A DNA stretch of 51,151 nucleotides from Tubiluchus corallicola. Lineage: Eukaryota; Animalia; Priapulida. Below the pieces are notes generated by a model. The model had not been told where the DNA came from, searched no databases, and saw nothing but the letters and a program-made list of their open reading frames with translations. The translations under genes and the position numbers were made by a program. Positions 23,947 through 36,800 of the stretch are shown here, piece by piece. The stretch covers positions 1 to 51,151 of the forward strand of contig JAQGDQ010000848.1 in the NCBI GenBank assembly GCA_030141605.1, given 5' to 3'. The stretch's first letter is position 1. Every line of letters starts with the position of its first letter.

Positions 23947-25715
23947 TGAATTTTCCCACTGTTCACATCTCGCAAAATGTGTTTCGTTAAAAGAACATTA
24001 AAATTAATAATAAAAACAACAAAAGAACAATAAAGGAATAAAAACAAACAAAGAAACAATAAAAAATCAAAATGCCCTTTCAAAAATGATCTTTATTTTT
24101 CAAAAGTCGTGCAATATCACTGCAAGCGATTAGAAAATTTAAAGGACAAGAAAAGGGGTACCTGACGTAGGTTTCAGAAAAATCGCCTTAAAAAATTATA
24201 TTACTTTATAGCAATTTTATGCGTATATCGCACTCGCACTGAAAGGAATTTTAGTTTGTCTTCATTTTAAATCTCCCGCAAAACTGTACCAAACGTAAAT
24301 CAAGGGAAGAAAAAGCAATGTTAAATTATATCTCAAAAGACTTTCCTTGGAAATCTATATTACTTAGATTTTCGCTTACCAACTAGAAAGACTTATGTAA
24401 CTAGAAAAGAAAATTATTAATTATTTAAAATGTTTTCATCAATTGGTAAAATGTCGCTGACTCACCCTCCAGGGTGCACCACTCACTAACCAAAAAATGT
24501 ATTTTTAATCTTATTGACAAGATACAGTAATTTTAAATTTTATTTAGATAGTGACGTGTGTGCTACGAATGCTCTGATTATTTTTTCATATATATCTAAA
24601 CTTTTATATAACTAAACTTGTTTCAAATGACCAGTCGTGAAAATGGCTGCGTCTAACCGCCATCGCGGGAGTTTAAATTTACATGTTTTATACAGCGTGA
24701 CTGCCGATTGAAGTCCTGCATGGAAAAATGCAGAATGTAAGTGATGTAAAATTTCAAAACGAATTTTTCAAGCTTGATGTTTATGAAGGGTTTTCTTGTG
24801 CTTTAAGCTTACAACAAAACGAAACTCACACAAATGATTCGTCCATGTTGCTCATTCTTCCAACAATTCAAACAACATCAATATGTCCGTATATGAATGA
24901 ATAATTGCTTATAGTAAGACTAAACTTATCATTTATCACCTTATTCATTGCCGTATTTATCACAGACGCTCAATTTCGGCTTAAATGAGCCACTACGTAT
25001 CATACAGCAACCCTGAGATATTAGCCTATATTTCCTTTTCCGCGACACATCGCTATTTACACACACCACAAAGGCGCATAATTTATTATATATGTGTACC
25101 TAATTGGGTTGCTGAGTAATCAGGCAGCTAGTAAGATAACTAAATTAATTAATCGAAGTTTGCTGATCGCGTTCCAGCATAAGAGAATGAAAGAATTTGT
25201 TATAATTGCAAATATAAAATGCTATCATTATAATATTCATAAGCAATTTGTAAAAGCAAATTTTACGAAAACCACAAGAAAAATAGCCTGGTTAGTAAAT
25301 GGATGGATGACCAGTGCGTTCAGTAGCCATACTAGTTCCTGCTATTTGCCTTGTTGTTGGAGGATATATGCACATGTGAACGTGGAACCTTCCGTGTGAT
25401 TTCTTAAGCCTGTCTCCATTTGCTCATTAGTTCCCATCTGTACAAACCTATCAATCTTGTTGAGTAGATTAAAAATCTCGAGTAGCATCTTAGTAATGTC
25501 CATCATTTTAGACATGATAATTACGGCTTCTCTGGTAAAACATGCGCAAATCTTTCAGAAGCAAGCATTAAATACGGTTACTTTACAAGAGCATTGAAAT
25601 ATAGTGCATAAAAGGGTTTTACCATAAAAGGTGATTATATTTTTATTTTTTTAATCTAACTTCCTTTTTATCTGATTTTACCTTTGGAGTTTTTCTATCT
25701 GATTCCTTTTAATTG

Positions 25716-26182
<467 letters not shown>

Positions 26183-26560
26183 TAATTCTTTATTTGTCAT
26201 TAAAATGGTTCACTCATTATAATAAAATTGAGTAAGCCTCAGCGTAATGTTAAAATAACAACACTGTTCAAGACAAATGCGTCCAGTGCATACTAAAAAA
26301 AAACTAAAGTGCAAAACTAAGGCCTAATTATATACAATAAATGAACATATTTACAAACACAATATTAAAATATTTTTACAAAACAATATTACAAAAGTAC
26401 ATTAAATTTTACATGATATATTTTACACTATATATACATTTGACATGACACAATTAACAGAAACATGCTTTACATTACATAAATTTCACTCATTACATTT
26501 ACACTATTTATACATTTGACATTACAAAACTGACATAACACGTATTACATTACATAATTT
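26183..26560 (-). mobile_element. LINE (L2/CR1 group) 3'UTR fragment
   Basis: TCTTTATTTG.CATTAAAA...CAAATGCGTC.AGTGCA..CTAAA shared with 28555-28690 and 34530-34660. Confidence 0.6.
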
Positions 26561-26984
26561 TTTTAGAAATTTTACATTTTTAATCTGATTTAACTTTTTA
26601 TCAGATTTTAACCTGCCTTGTTCAGTGCTTTAGTTTCAGTTCCCTTATTATGCACAGGGAGTAAAGTTTTTTTGGGCCAACTGTGAAAAAATGCGCTGCT
26701 GATGCAGTGACCTTACGTAACGTTGAAGCACAGTTACCTGGCCAGACAATACTAACACAACAGCTACATTTATATTTGCTTATAAGTGTTTTTTGTAGCC
26801 AAGAAATCGTTGATTGGAAGCTTATGATTCTCACACGATAGCGAAGCCGCGAGGTTTAATGCATGAATCAATATATAAAAACCAGATGGAATTGTGAGAC
26901 TTTTTGTGATAATTATGACAGGGACAACCCTTGTTTGAAGTTTCACATTTATTTGGTTTACCTTGTGCAGGGCGTTTATAGGAA

Positions 26985-27465
26985 CCCCTTTCGGTTCTGT
27001 TGAACACTTTTTGTTGCACTGCCCATTGTATCAACTAGCTAGGGTTGTTATGTTTGATAAATTAAATGAAATACTTCTGCCCGAAAACCTTAATATAGCT
27101 GCCTTAGGAAATAATGATCTGTTGAAGTTGTTATTATTTGGAAAAGATGAATTTAACTATGTTGCTAACTGTAAAATATTCCAATGTATACATGACTTTA
27201 TATTACGTACTAAACGCTTCCAGTTGTTTCTATTTGATATAAAATGCATCAGTCTTAAATAATCGTACATTAATATTTTCTAACCGTCATTTTCTACTAA
27301 TGTCTAACGTATTCTTGTAGTAAAACTTGTCAGCTTGTGTAGTTATAGTCTATTCTTACTGTAAATATTCTTGTAAATAGTGTATAAAGTCTGTTGTGGT
27401 GAGGATCCTAAATCATGTTGTTCAAACTGTCTGATCCAATCCTAAATAAATTATGTTTAAACTAA
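26985..27465 (+). mobile_element. LINE ORF2 C-terminus plus 3'UTR
   Basis: SVEHFLLHCPLY...LLLFG...NCKIFQCIHDFILRTKRF is a typical non-LTR RT C-terminal CCHC/TKRF ending; AATAAA near 27445. Confidence 0.8.
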
Positions 27466-27874
27466 CCCGTTTCGATTCTCATTCTGTATAAACAATTACC
27501 AAAAACTTGATGGTTCGTTCACTATTTCGGTAAACAATTTTCGTATTTTTATTAGTCTTAATACGTTTTCGTTGTCTAGACTTCTGCTTGCTATTCTATT
27601 TACACTTTATCTTGACAAAGCCATCAAGTGATACCACCGAAAGTCTGGTGCTTATGAGGAGAGTGTTCTTAGCTCATTGGTAAGCAAAAATCAATAAGTA
27701 TGCTGCAATATACACGTTACGGGCCGACTGTCACCGAACGTACCTGGCTGCTGGTTGGTCCGTATATTCCGCGTATTCCGTCCGCTACAACGCAATTTCC
27801 GGATGCATGTGAACTCACCCGAAATAATATAGTGAAACATACTGAATTTGCTTTCTGATTTTGTTTGATTACAG

Positions 27875-30800
27875 AAGCCTCAGAATTCGCGGAATCTGCG
27901 ACCTGGTTAGACAAATTTTGTGAAGACCTGTATGCGTTGTGCTTATTCTGCATTGGTACAACCGTGGCTCTTTATCTTCTTTGGACTTTCACGCCTTGCA
28001 AAGAGACTGAAGTCGTCAACACGTCACGACTACAGCGAGGTAAATGTGTCACATTGTTAACCCTTTCAGTCTCAAATCATTTTTTTAATAAGAAAAAAAT
28101 TTTTGGTACTTTTGTTCAGTATGTCCATCTTGTTTACACATAATAATTATTTTTTTCGACCTATGCATGCTATACTGATCTGTATAAAGTCGTCTCTAAA
28201 GTACTATACCTTGCGCAGTTTTTTATGCTATGTAGATTTTCTAGTTTGCCATTTTATCAGCATTTTTAGTCTATTGTTATTGGCTTAAATCAAAATAACT
28301 ATTAACAGATCAAATAATTGTCAGTTTTAAAATTTTATTAATTTTAAAGGCAGAAAATATTCTCGTATTCCACGGGATACAACGGGTATGAAAGGGTTAA
28401 GACTCTCTGCATGACGCTAATTTTGTCTTTAGACTTCGTTTCAATCCACACGGTACTACTAGTAGTAGTAAGTTCATTCACATGTCACAAGATAATATAT
28501 AACATTATAACAGCAGTTGGAGGATGACAGTCCTATAAATATATATATATATAATAATCTTTATTTGCCATTAAAATACATTGATAATCACTGATAAAAA
28601 CTTTACAGAGATATACAATTAGTGTTAGTTAATAAAAACTTACATTGCTAAAGGCAAATGCGTCAGTGCAATCTAAACTACTGTGCAGTAATGGAAAGTA
28701 ACGACGAATAAAATCAAACATATTTACAACTATGCACAAAAAATGAAAAAAAAACTATGATTTAATTAATATGGCCCTGGATATATGAATTCTGAATTAG
28801 TGTGTATGTTGTCGTACTGGTGTGATGGTGTTTCATATCTGGTTAATATTAGTGATTTTAATTTTGTTTTAAATGCTGATAGGGACTTGATTTGTTTAAC
28901 TTGTAATGGTAGAATTCCAAAGTAGAATTGTTTGCTTGATTACAGAGTTCGTTCCATAGTGGGTATTTGGTCTAATTTGTTTTAGAGTGTCCTAATTTGT
29001 CCGAAATAACAAGTTCACAGACTTTTCAGAGTGCAGTTAAAACAGGTCAAAACATTTTTTTATGAAACTATCTAGAAAAAGCTGTATTAAATAATGATTT
29101 TGATTAAATTGGTGAATAAATTATTAAATTAATAATTCAAGATTAAATGCTTGACGATGCAAGATTAAACTATCGTCGTCGATAGAAGCCTAGTCAGGTG
29201 TGGCCCCACGTGACCAGCTGATGTTCGACCGGCTGACTCAGAAGTAAAGATTGATGATGTAATCCTTATGCGCAGAAGCTCACGGCGCATTAGGTAGTTA
29301 GACAAAAGTGTTTTGGGGCCCGCACCTCGGGGGGAGATTAGGAACTGACTTGAAGACAGAGGGCTGGCATTACTATCCTCTTATATTTACCGTGTTGTGT
29401 TAGATATTTAATAAATGTGTAGTTTATTAAATAAAGTCTTGATAGTTTGCCATGCCCATCGTGGCTACCTCTCACGCCACGCAGTAAACAACAATAATCA
29501 GCAAGCAGCTTTAAGCATAAGAATAAATAAACATTTAACCAAATTATTTTACTTTAGAGTTACATGATTGTTAGTAGCAGACAAGTTGGTAACATTAGTA
29601 AAAGTCAAGCACTTTGAATGAGCGTATTTGAGGTGCGCTGTTTTCGGACATTTACACAGTATGTTTCACCGTCTGAATGCTAGTTGTTTCAATGCTGCTG
29701 CCTTGGCTTGTTACCTGTCACCAAAGTGGCATAAAGTGCGTCATAATTGTTATATGGTTTTTTGGCGTGCAATAAAATATCACTTACTCGCTTTACTTAC
29801 TTGTCACCTGGCACCTTGCGATTAAGTTTATTGTTTAAAACACAGAGACAGTAATGGCATAGGTCTAGTCTAGATTCCATAAGTTGATGCTAAATTGCGC
29901 TGCTTTCAAGAATGACACTTGGTTGGCATCCTTCTGTCTCGGAAGACAATGGAGTGTGCGCCAAGAGAGTCAAATATTGATCAGATTGATGGAGCTGCAG
30001 CGTCGACTGTGGCTGAGCAGGGCGATCCTTGAACGTCTCCAGGGCGCACGCTTGGGCAAGGTGTATGGAGATCCTGAGTTGCCCAGACAACAAGAACCCC
30101 TTCTCTTCCTCCCTGGTGTAGTCCAAAGGAAAGTGGAGTGATACGTTTGGCATCATGTTGGCTGTAGGAGCTGCCGGAGTCAGTGCGCATGCTGCACTGG
30201 TCCGCCTTCGGGGCTCCACTCCTGATTTGGAAGGTTTACTCCTCTACACATGGCCGTTGGGTCACTTGACCTCCTCCGCCCTCTAGCCGTTGGCTGCTTG
30301 TGCAGCTCCTCCGCCTAGTGTCGAGATACAGTGTGGGCATCCCGCAAGCCTACAGCACCTGGTATTCCTAGGCGGTCGCCCATCCAAGTACTAACCAGGT
30401 TCTACATTGCTTAACTTCGGTGATCAGATGAGAACCGGTGTTTTCAACGTGATTTGGCCGTAGTCTTGTGATGACACTACTCTAGTAAGACCCTAGTAAT
30501 TAAGTGCGTAAATGTAAATTTGATCTTCTCTAACCTGTACTGGTAGAATATATAGAAATAAAAGGAACGCTTGCAACATGCTCGCTGTCGCGCTCACTCA
30601 CCTACAATCATTTCCATTTGCAATAAGTTTACGTAACCACAGTAAATGTATATTAATTTGTCAAGTTAAGCATACAATTCAATTCAATTCAATTTCAATT
30701 TATTTATCTCTTTATAATACTACAATAAAACATGATTAATAAAAGAATCTCTAATAAGTTGAGAAGAATGGTTAAAATGTATAAGATAGATCTAGAACTA

Positions 30801-33800
30801 GAGAAAGGATAGCGAAAAGACACTAAAGTCATCTAGTCTGCTATCCTTTACCGAATATAGATAGAAAGATTTTCTAGACACTGGTGGGCATTAATGTTAT
30901 CGGTTTAATTTAGGAAACATTAATAATTTTTAAAATTATGACATTTTCTATATAATCCAGAAAAAAGAATGTAGTTTAATTAGCGGGCAACAAAATAAGA
31001 TCAATCTTGATTAAACTAAAAATTGCATTTAGATTTTATGTGAAATACGGGTCAAAATTGTTATGAAATGATAAAAACACTTTGGGTTAATAATGCTATC
31101 AATCAACAACAGGAGTTAAATACATTTTGATTTGTGTTCAACTTCATTATTTCTAGGCTTATTGATTAAGAACAAATCTACTGACTTGGACAATAATACT
31201 AAACTAGCAAAGGCCCCGCAAAACATTTTGCTTATAAATACACTTATAATAAAAATGCGCGAAAATTCTACCTAGTGTTTGTCTGTTTATCTAACGCAAA
31301 GCCAGCAGCGGCAGCTTTTGCTGAATTAAAGTTATAAGGTTATAGACCGAGTATAATGGATGACGTCAGAACAATGGTTTTGCGTCAGCAGTTTTCCAAG
31401 CGAAAATCGTGCGAAATAGAACCTCCAATCAACTCATCACAGCTCCTCAGGAAGGAAACGTCCTAAAATGCAGTTCAAATCATCGTATAGCCCTGTTCTT
31501 TCTCTTTCTAAAGAGCTATATATCTCCTTTCGAGAGACCCACCACGCGCCGCCAGAACGTTTTTTCTGCAGGCTGTTTGGCCAAAATTTCGAAGAAAGCC
31601 GGAGTTGGGTCCAGGAAAACGCCCGTTACGGGACGCCGTGGCCCTCTTGCAAATTCTAAATATGCCGCTGAACGGGCTGTCTATCCATAGCCAGTATCGC
31701 CCTAGACCCGTTCCCGTTCTTCAGATCTCAGGCGTATAACTTTTGCAAAAAACGGCCGAAAAATGGCCACTTTTGGAGGTTTTTTGCCCCCCCCGTTCCT
31801 CGCGGTGGGCCCGATTCGAAAAATAAACCCCCAATGGCACGACACTAGATCGAGACCTTTCGTTTGATATATAGATCGCCGCAAATGATGCCGCCGTCGA
31901 AGCTGTAGCTTCGAATCTTATATATATATATATAAAGCCCATACCAGTAGAATTAATATATACGGTAATATAATTCTCAATACAGTGTTTTTTTCTGCTC
32001 ACTGAATTCACCTATGCACGTTAAGCGTACGATAATTTGACAAGAGACACAGTTAAACATAGCTGACAGTTCACTAAGTTTATACAACCACATTAAGTGT
32101 ACATTAATTTGCCAAGGGACACATGGCTGACGATCGTATTTTCTTAGCGTCATTGTAACTGACAGAACTGTAAAACGGAAGGCAACGGATACTTCGATCA
32201 GAACATGTGCAAATACGCACATAAAGGCTTTCCATTAGTCAAAAAGAGAACAGCCAAGGTAAATAGCGAGGCAGATGTTTTGTGCTGTTTCTCGCAGATG
32301 ACTTCCCTCAAAGTATCTGACCGCAGAGGAGGTTTAGCAGAGTTTACTGCCGCTGTTGAAAAGCTAATTGGCTAACGCAGCGAGCGAAAATACTTGGAAA
32401 AGTGCTACATGCCATAGTAGCAGTAGTAGTAAGTTTATTAACACAGTAAATAAATCGTTACAACGAATTCTACAAAGAAGCCCTCTGAAACAACCAGCGG
32501 ACGAAGCAAAGAGCACCTGTGATAATTATAATTAATCGATAACAATATTTTTAATGAGAATTATCAGTACTCGTTTAAAATCGTACGAGTACATTTACAC
32601 ACGGAGACAATGTTATTGCAATTGTCAAAAACGTTTTTTAAATTGGCAAAGTCCAAATCGCTAAATTTCTTTTTATTTCCTCTGTTCTAGCACAATCGCA
32701 CATAACACGGTTTTCAGTCTGCACACTCCCAACAGGTGCACAATCGCTGATATTGTAGGGTTCTTGACCAGCGGCCACTCTCTAGTGCCAGCGGAAGAGA
32801 AGAAAGACTAATCGCGACGTAGCTATACGTTGATAGTTCGTCCGTCAGAGTGTACGTCGCATGTACCACAAGAGTCGGATTCAAACTGACACGGTTGCTG
32901 AATTTTGTACGCTGTGGCCGTCGAACTGATTCTTTGCATTTAGCGCTGTCTGGTTGTATGTGTTCGGAAGCTTGAACTGCATTTAACTATCTAGTACCTG
33001 ATATTTGTTCGGTGTTACACAGTGACCAAATGTTTATACGAGTGTCTTCCCTCATGTCTCTTCTCTCTGCAAATACTTTTTGCAAAAATCATTTCTGCTT
33101 TATTTTTAATGAATGCAACATCAGAAGGCAAGCCAACTTCTAGTAGCACAAAATCATTTGCCGTCTGAAGGAGGTAAAAGTCATCTTCATCTGACTGCAC
33201 TGTTATCAAGACACCGCGACTGTTTGAAGTGTTATCAGCTTGACGTAGTGATTCCACTATTGCATAGCCTGTGCTGTGAATGACTGCAATACCTTTGCGC
33301 CAAACCAACACCCTTTCTGTCCCGATGTCAGGTTGAAATGTATCCTTCATCTTAAGCATTAAAGTAATTTTATTTTAGAACTCCTAACAATGCTTTACCA
33401 CTGTTAAATACTCTGATTCCGTTGCATGGAGACTCTGCATGATCCATCCTTCTGAGCTGTACAAAACAGCATTGAATAAAGCAGCTACTGCTCCTACTCC
33501 TACAAGAAGCGCCACCTACCAAGATGGCGCTCAGTGGTGATTGTTCGATGAATTTTTTATCCAATGATGTGCCACACAGCTGCCACCTGCAAACGGCGGC
33601 CATTTTATTAGTTTTAATTTGGTATCATACTTAAAACTTATGACAAAAAATTAACATTTGCAAATCTGGGAAGCCATAACTCCTGAAGGAAGCCATTTTG
33701 TGCATAACACCGAATATAGAACTGTCCATGTGCTATTAGGTTGAAACGTCAGCAGGACCTCGAGGTCTTAATTTTTGCTGTAACTCACTTGCCGGGTTGT

Positions 33801-36800
33801 GAAGATATCATGCACTGCCTATAATCCCGTCGAACGTCTATCCAACGTTGTGTACGCTGCTGGGACATACTTACGATTATTGTGTAGAGGCCGTTTCGCA
33901 AACCCTTTCGTCTCATAATTAAGGTATAGGGAAGCCAATACCCTGTCCCCCCCCCCGTACATAAGGTATAGGAAAACTGAATGACTTTGAGGAGTGATTG
34001 CTACGAACAGAAGCGGTCCCCAACTATCTCCCTATATAATACATATATTATCCCTATATCTTTTTTCTATAGCTAGTGATAGTACAATCAATTATCTACC
34101 CACACACTAAACCATAACCTCTCCTAACGTTCAGCGCCTCTTCCACAATCACTTCCCCAGACCCATTTTCTTTACCCAAAAATTCTCAATTTGTCCACAT
34201 TCTTCATAACAAAAGCAATAAATTTGGCCAAATGATTTTGCTCAATTACAAAGAGTTCTTTTGCAGACGATTCTGCAGATCCGTTTTGGGTGAACATCAC
34301 GAGCTATCAAGTAGTATGTCACAGTTTTTTACAGTCAAATTTTAACAGTGGTGTCTTATCATACTCTGTTCCGTTTGTAACCACGAATTTTTGTTTTACT
34401 TTGGTTAATTACCATGGCCGAACTTTTGCAAGAATCATGTAGAATATTGAGCTTGACTTCTCATTGTGGGGGATTAGAAGCGAACATAACAGTGTTGTCC
34501 AAGAATATTAGCAGTAGTAGTAGCAGTAAAATCTTTATTTACCATTTTAAAAACATTGACCATCATAATAAAAGACAGACAATCAGTGTTTGTTCATATA
34601 AAAAACATACACTGTTCTGGGCAAATGCGTCTGGTGCAAGCTAAACTACAAGTGCAACTAGAAATTCAAAAATAAAATATAAACTAGTTTAGTAAGGTCT
34701 AGGAAAAATGAAATTATGATTTGAGTAGGTATCATCGTGTTCGTATGTCGGATATTCAAAACGAGTCATTAAATGTTTTTTTAAATTTAGACTTGAATAT
34801 TGATAAAGAGCTGCTGTGTTTTAGTGATGTCGGTAATGAATTCCAAAGTTGTATTGAACAATGTAACTTGTCAGTAAAATCATCGGGTAATAAAAGGTGC
34901 TTCAAATCCCGTATAAGTTCATTTACATGGTGTTGTGGAGATCGCTGGTATCTATTAGAATTAAATAGAACATTGTAGAATGTTCCGTTAGAATAATCGT
35001 CTTACCGTGTAGAATGTTCTGGAACAAAACTTCTAGAAGCTTCTTGGGCACGCTATATAAGACAAAGCAGGCCGCTGAGACACACACAGATTCACACGGA
35101 CGCCACTTACACATTCTCTTGTATACTTGTATTTTCAGATACACTCAAACGTTTTCCAGATTTTCACGTTTACTGTAAACATTTCGCGTTCCTTTATACT
35201 TTTGTGTTGTAGAATTCTCGCTTAACAAACTAGTTTAATTTGATTAATTCTGGTTTTCTCTACGAGCCTTCCGAGAGAAACAAAACACAATACATAGATT
35301 GTAAAAATGAAGCATCTAGTGGAGGAACCTTGGCGGACACCAATAGCCGTAGATATTATTGCAGCTCCCAAAATAAGTTTCGTATCCGTATAAAGAGCCG
35401 ATATTGCAGCAAGCATCAAATAGCTACATCCTAGTCTAATTAAAAATCTAATGAGAGCATATCTAGGCACTTTATCGTACGCCTTCGAAAAATCAACGTA
35501 ATGATGAACAATTGACAGCCTTTGTATTGGGTGGCCGAGAGGTTTAGATTTCTGACTGCAACCAATCAGCCTTGGGTTCGATACTAGCGGCTGCCAACAC
35601 CAAGGCAAATACCCTACACGTTATTCATTGTTTGTATTTTGCGTCCTTACGTATGTTGTAAGTGTAGGTCGCATGAACGACAATAAATAAATCTTATCTT
35701 TCTTCTTTTTGCATATTAGCTGCTAACATTTTTGAACAACCCACACAGCTCACCCTAAACAAATAAATTTGTTAATTTACATTCTAAACAACTGACCTTT
35801 AGCAGCCAAGTCCAATCAATACTGCATACAGTGAACGAATTTTCCTTCAAAAACGAAGCCGTCTTGTTTCCTTATGTATATTGCCAGACTAATAAAACAA
35901 AATTGTTTCAGATTTATGCAATAACTCAGGCATGTCTGAAAGACGATTTCACGTAAAAGTTCAGTGCACATGAAAGGTAATTGTAAAAAAGAAAAAATGT
36001 CATGTAATAACAAAAAAAAGAAAGTACCTGGAGGCACCATGCTGGGCACCAGGCACCAGGCGCCATGTTTTTTTATCACGATTCACTTTAAAATTTCAGA
36101 TTATCTCCATTACTTTTTTCTATCACTGTGTGGGACAATCTAACAAGCCCTGCTTTTTGATTGCCCGCAACACATTTACCTTCGTGTATAATTGAACGGT
36201 GTTTGAGGCTTTTCCTGTGCAGTATTTCTTATTTGTATTATGTTCATTGTAGGCCCTTTCACTAGATATTGTACATGAAATTATTGTAAATGTGTAAGGT
36301 GAAATAAATGACTTATGACAGCTAATGTCTTTCCTGTTTCAAGTAAATACTGGATAGTAACTGCTTGAGCACCAAGACTGGTTAGCAAACCATTGTTCAA
36401 GCTCTCAGAGACCTCTCTGTGAACATAGTACAAGCCAAGACAATCGAGTAAAAGTGAAGGATTCACAACATCATACAGCAATGGGCTGCTAGCTATTACT
36501 GTTCGGTTTGGAGAGCTTTCCATTCAACTTGCTTTCCTGAAAAAGAATTTATAATGGCAATGTATTATCAGACTGAAAGTAAATCAACAGGGCGCTTAAA
36601 GAACTTACAAAGATTAAAAGCGTGTACCTTCTGCAAAATTTAGGCTTGAACTTAAAATGTCTATGTATATTATATAGCATTTTTTATATAGAACTTTTCT
36701 ATATTATATAGAACTTATATATTATGAGCATTTTTTGGAATAAAAAATTACAATTACAATTACAATTACAATTCAGTGCAAAAACTTTTCTTACTGTTTT

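Noticed and set aside
30346-30465. Functional 5S rRNA genes here and at 18416-18537
   Set aside because: No oligo-T terminator, fused to a shared body, flanked by TSDs and carrying substitutions; these are SINE heads.
33015-33603. Two independent minus-strand genes
   Set aside because: Both ORFs are frameshifted LINE RT remnants plus an insert.
35524-35597. Functional tRNA-Cys
   Set aside because: Acceptor and anticodon stems do not pair properly, and it is followed by a SINE-like body and tail.
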